A DNA stretch of 20,000 nucleotides. Origin: an uncultured virus (IMG/VR IMGVR_UViG_3300017739_000002). Its lineage: Duplodnaviria > Heunggongvirae > Uroviricota > Caudoviricetes. The notes below the pieces were generated by a model. That model worked only from the letters and a program-made list of their open reading frames with translations, was not told the origin of the DNA and searched no databases. The stretch is from IMG/VR virus record IMGVR_UViG_3300017739_000002; one strand, written 5' to 3'. Of this stretch, positions 19,101 to 20,000 are shown one piece after another; position 1 is the first letter of the stretch, and each line of letters opens with the position of its first letter. The position numbers and the translations under genes are program-made.

Positions 19101-20000
19101 CGTAAATGCAACTGAAATTAGACTTAGCCCCGATCCAAATAATCCAACATTAGTTGATAACAATGTTGAGATTTTAGACGTAAGACTAACCAGCCAGCTT
19201 GAATATGTCAATGGTGATAGCACAATACGTTTTAACACTGAAGACTCAGCAACATTTTTAGATAGACCATCACGTCTTAGGACAGCAGGTGAAGTTATAG
19301 ATGTAGATGAAAACGATAACAATATTGTAAAAACATTACAGGATATGAAGTCTGTATTTGATAGTACAGCAGAATACGCAACCATTGAAACTTGGAGCGG
19401 AACGCAAAGTTATAAGCGTGGTGATAAGGTTAGATATAAAGGTAGATTACTAAGATGTGATGTAGCATCAATTGGATTTAGTACACAATCAACAGGACTA
19501 ACGTTTACTGGCACAGCAATTGAGCCTGTATTTAATTATGTAACCCAAGCAAATGGTGACGCCGCTAGTGCAGTAATTGATGGTACACCAGTTTGGTTTG
19601 ATGAAACACAAACACAGTTTAATAATATTGTTGCTACAGCAAATGTTGATGCTGACATACCGGCTAACTCAATACCAAGTGGAAGTATATTAGGTATTGC
19701 TGATACTGGTCCTAATGGATATAACAGAACGTTAACATTACAAAATCTTGTGTTAACCACTGTAATCGATTCAACTGGTGATCAAAGTATTAACTATATA
19801 GATGAGGGTAACCCATATTTTATATGCCAACTAAATTCAGTTACTGATCCAGTTATTGCAGATAATACAGGTGAAAATGTAATTATTAATGGTGCAACTA
19901 TTCCATTAGTCAATACAACATTAGGATTTCCAGCAGGTACTGCATTAGATAAAACAGATGTTGCTACTATTATTGATAGCACAGCAGATAATAACCTTAA
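13177..20000 (+). CDS. Giant virion structural protein (gp7-position baseplate wedge/fibre-attachment protein), >2270 aa, truncated by the right window edge
   Basis: ATG overlaps the gp6 stop (TAATG). The ORF is absent from the track, consistent with no stop before 20000, and segments translated by hand are open. Motifs include LPFAFQT.IN..WLDSTFDQL, PPIDVDKFFNF.SYYW, WKGAYQYLFGTHRP..TPW.MLG..KPDWW, FYQGMIKAKGT and EEWMFR. Confidence 0.8.
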   Translation, partial: MADYKDYKSSKTKKSKNKRKIGNYPTVNVKSSDYLPFAFQTRINKQWLDSTFDQLVSKGMLEDIDAYVGDKSGKSRTETEQTKYLDTKNNNVQLSPTIVSDTRITFDDVAQAVEQYFDDYNYNSAYTTQGYVYQPPIDVDKFFNFTSYYWVPNLPVYESDNTNGTATYAVDPITDINGKVTHTFVDDNNSFDLEDGMRIKLELGYGSLSNNIYLVTGVGKEINLRLYNEQRTVFGTTNKRPYPIWTDENTYTNHTKGYWDSIDVLDITYKKGNIADARGNSPITIMQAYNADLADPNTNTAPALWFYSGNDRKIYLANGMVVRFGTGWPGLTTEEQHSIYWVEVDTSGNVIFKDIIRASVSGTEITQEVVTTNRTPDKIAKAQSYLEHTWDSNTNWDTWYTPTALKDYIVINRDDPIATAWSRSNHWIHRDTIFKLADMNPFMDAENFTTLDNQAKRPIIEFEGGIHLIKHSNDSTVQKFQGPIDFILRDASLASQLQNGTTYIVENVATSYTRDATQSTDPVYKTLTVGDTFIIRNALGTSTADTATLQSSYIRQDLWVSDTPQTMVGYTKDRVNHPPLYYLFDDERQNTRLDDITKYPNSTFRYVKDADGERGGSKLFGYKIGSGTTIDPELDMVVSLKDMGHRAEYEFVNYQDKDKFTFSLITPDGGLVDTDTIKGYYSYKQKGIVKNAYVPGNVMRGAKEKYQQIVTDATSAQTIPYGTDSFKSAREFVVHTYGPNIDFTVTENFAFGIFNERKEGKPTLTVKAGETYNFINISKNNINFYSDFAGTAHTTNVTSSGNVTTIVMPNTAGILYYGYSATNKARIVILDNDDYLYHDLYIDGKRIRQEEYTINTDSIVVPADLVEENSIIDLEFREVDATNDAKVYSIPDVLEHNATNKQLLEFTISETFDHWNDIIYKSPNLTGQSFGINSYHKDVKLHNTGGTIYMYDDISIMHDYTYANTAFDAREALFAQARDFHGFRDRFRAQVIRLYKSNGYVKTRDIVRDALKAITETKKGTDLYADSNMVYFQDKREQRYDLTASQTKIYPSISINTDFNIMDHAYLYLSENNGSNEYYERLLVKDVDYTLAGSTITLKNLTTAVSTTEPAFLTIQFIDRENNSYIPESMVKLGLAYGTPPTVETDIITLHDGTELVWNNTNNLYDPTKSNYDVVNACLLDLDKRIWAGIVDLDNTRSPNAFLPAPHFETWYTKEKLDNYTEQLYRDYQAKIGVEVFNSSNYYDGTNYPGSNDGTTWNYSSMGNWPGHWKGAYQYLFGTHRPDLTPWHMLGKSKKPDWWDDVYSWKDTANGGSDAKRTALIEALTNGYVSNTRDHVNYTKSELRYARHNWDWTNNYPVDTAGNLVPRYEVLGIPSAVNRAQDFVFGDYGPIEIAWRGSALGQSALLDAIVKLLPAKAWTEFFQPGLFNEGNIFSSNKLINAYSRSAISPNNILYNNNASHKKVKRINVRSSSTGWGSTSKIDLFSPTDSARVGEAVIDVDSTGTISSITITKGTYGYREVPIFDITNQGTGYDQDAIVDIEFIMGNAIYHGHGLNKVLDNNLLRGYKDISMREVYEPIDTKLVQKVGGFTSENLVDFYTESGANGKYKVDTNDYNVFLYKGPPRKIVNASVMNLKKQLGGIKVDGYGLGKQKFYFYEPLRKTDNFTNLELVENAIVRRYNDFDYSRVSSIEYGAVVAKVQDLYDFIRGYYEYLNYNGVVPQANGNAQATNGAVFAIGNEVGNTTRLALGDTINYTGQTGRLVEFGTLPGGMNSPLDTKGKILNPKEVSVDRLEKTAIVSINSPLAKEFGSVTFAEVDFEHVVEFDNTTQFNDTLFNDVTNQRHHRLLMQGHRTIDWDGNIRAPGYLVFENKIVENFDTSVETLNTLYDYNIENVNPTYRKAQNITIGNYNKDWVNDTFINDQTFAKFYQGMIKAKGTSNVMKPFNRSSMLNEGTSTASIYEEWMFRHSYYGDNTNVNATEIRLSPDPNNPTLVDNNVEILDVRLTSQLEYVNGDSTIRFNTEDSATFLDRPSRLRTAGEVIDVDENDNNIVKTLQDMKSVFDSTAEYATIETWSGTQSYKRGDKVRYKGRLLRCDVASIGFSTQSTGLTFTGTAIEPVFNYVTQANGDAASAVIDGTPVWFDETQTQFNNIVATANVDADIPANSIPSGSILGIADTGPNGYNRTLTLQNLVLTTVIDSTGDQSINYIDEGNPYFICQLNSVTDPVIADNTGENVIINGATIPLVNTTLGFPAGTALDKTDVATIIDSTADNNL

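Noticed and set aside
1138..19982. Short alternative-frame and antisense ORFs in the track (e.g. 1138-1407, 2763-3158, 15965-16150, 18435-18830, 19083-19385)
   Set aside because: They lie within or across long, well-supported genes, show no recognisable motifs and look like shadow ORFs.
1..20000. Stop-codon reassignment as seen in some large phages
   Set aside because: Genes are full length and tightly packed under code 11; TGA ends the MTase at an ATGA overlap; no fragmentation was seen.
1..20000. CRISPR arrays, tRNAs or long DNA repeats
   Set aside because: Almost all sequence is coding, the only gaps are 94 bp and 30 bp, and no periodic repeats were seen by eye beyond codon-level ones such as GGTACTGGTACTGGT.

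Overview
AT-rich window from a large T4-like (probably jumbo) myophage genome in standard code 11. A 94-bp divergent control region (1630-1723) separates two blocks. Leftward, a near-consensus sigma70 promoter precedes an enlarged gp55-like late sigma factor and a gp47/Mre11-like nuclease (TTG start, runs off the left edge). Rightward, a T4-type late promoter TATAAATA precedes an HxGH nucleotidyltransferase and a contractile-tail baseplate module: tube-initiator-like protein, gp53/LysM-like wedge, hub, gp5 spike, a degenerate lysozyme, gp25, gp6 and a giant >2270 aa structural protein that runs off the right edge. A SAM methyltransferase plus HNH nuclease pair sits between the lysozyme and gp25, followed by a terminator and a second late promoter that appears to make a leaderless mRNA. 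The most notable points are a possibly virion-packaged nucleotidyltransferase, a ~130 aa insertion in gp55, the leaderless late transcript, the MTase-HNH insert and the pseudo-lysozyme. All product calls come from motif recognition by eye, with no database searches.
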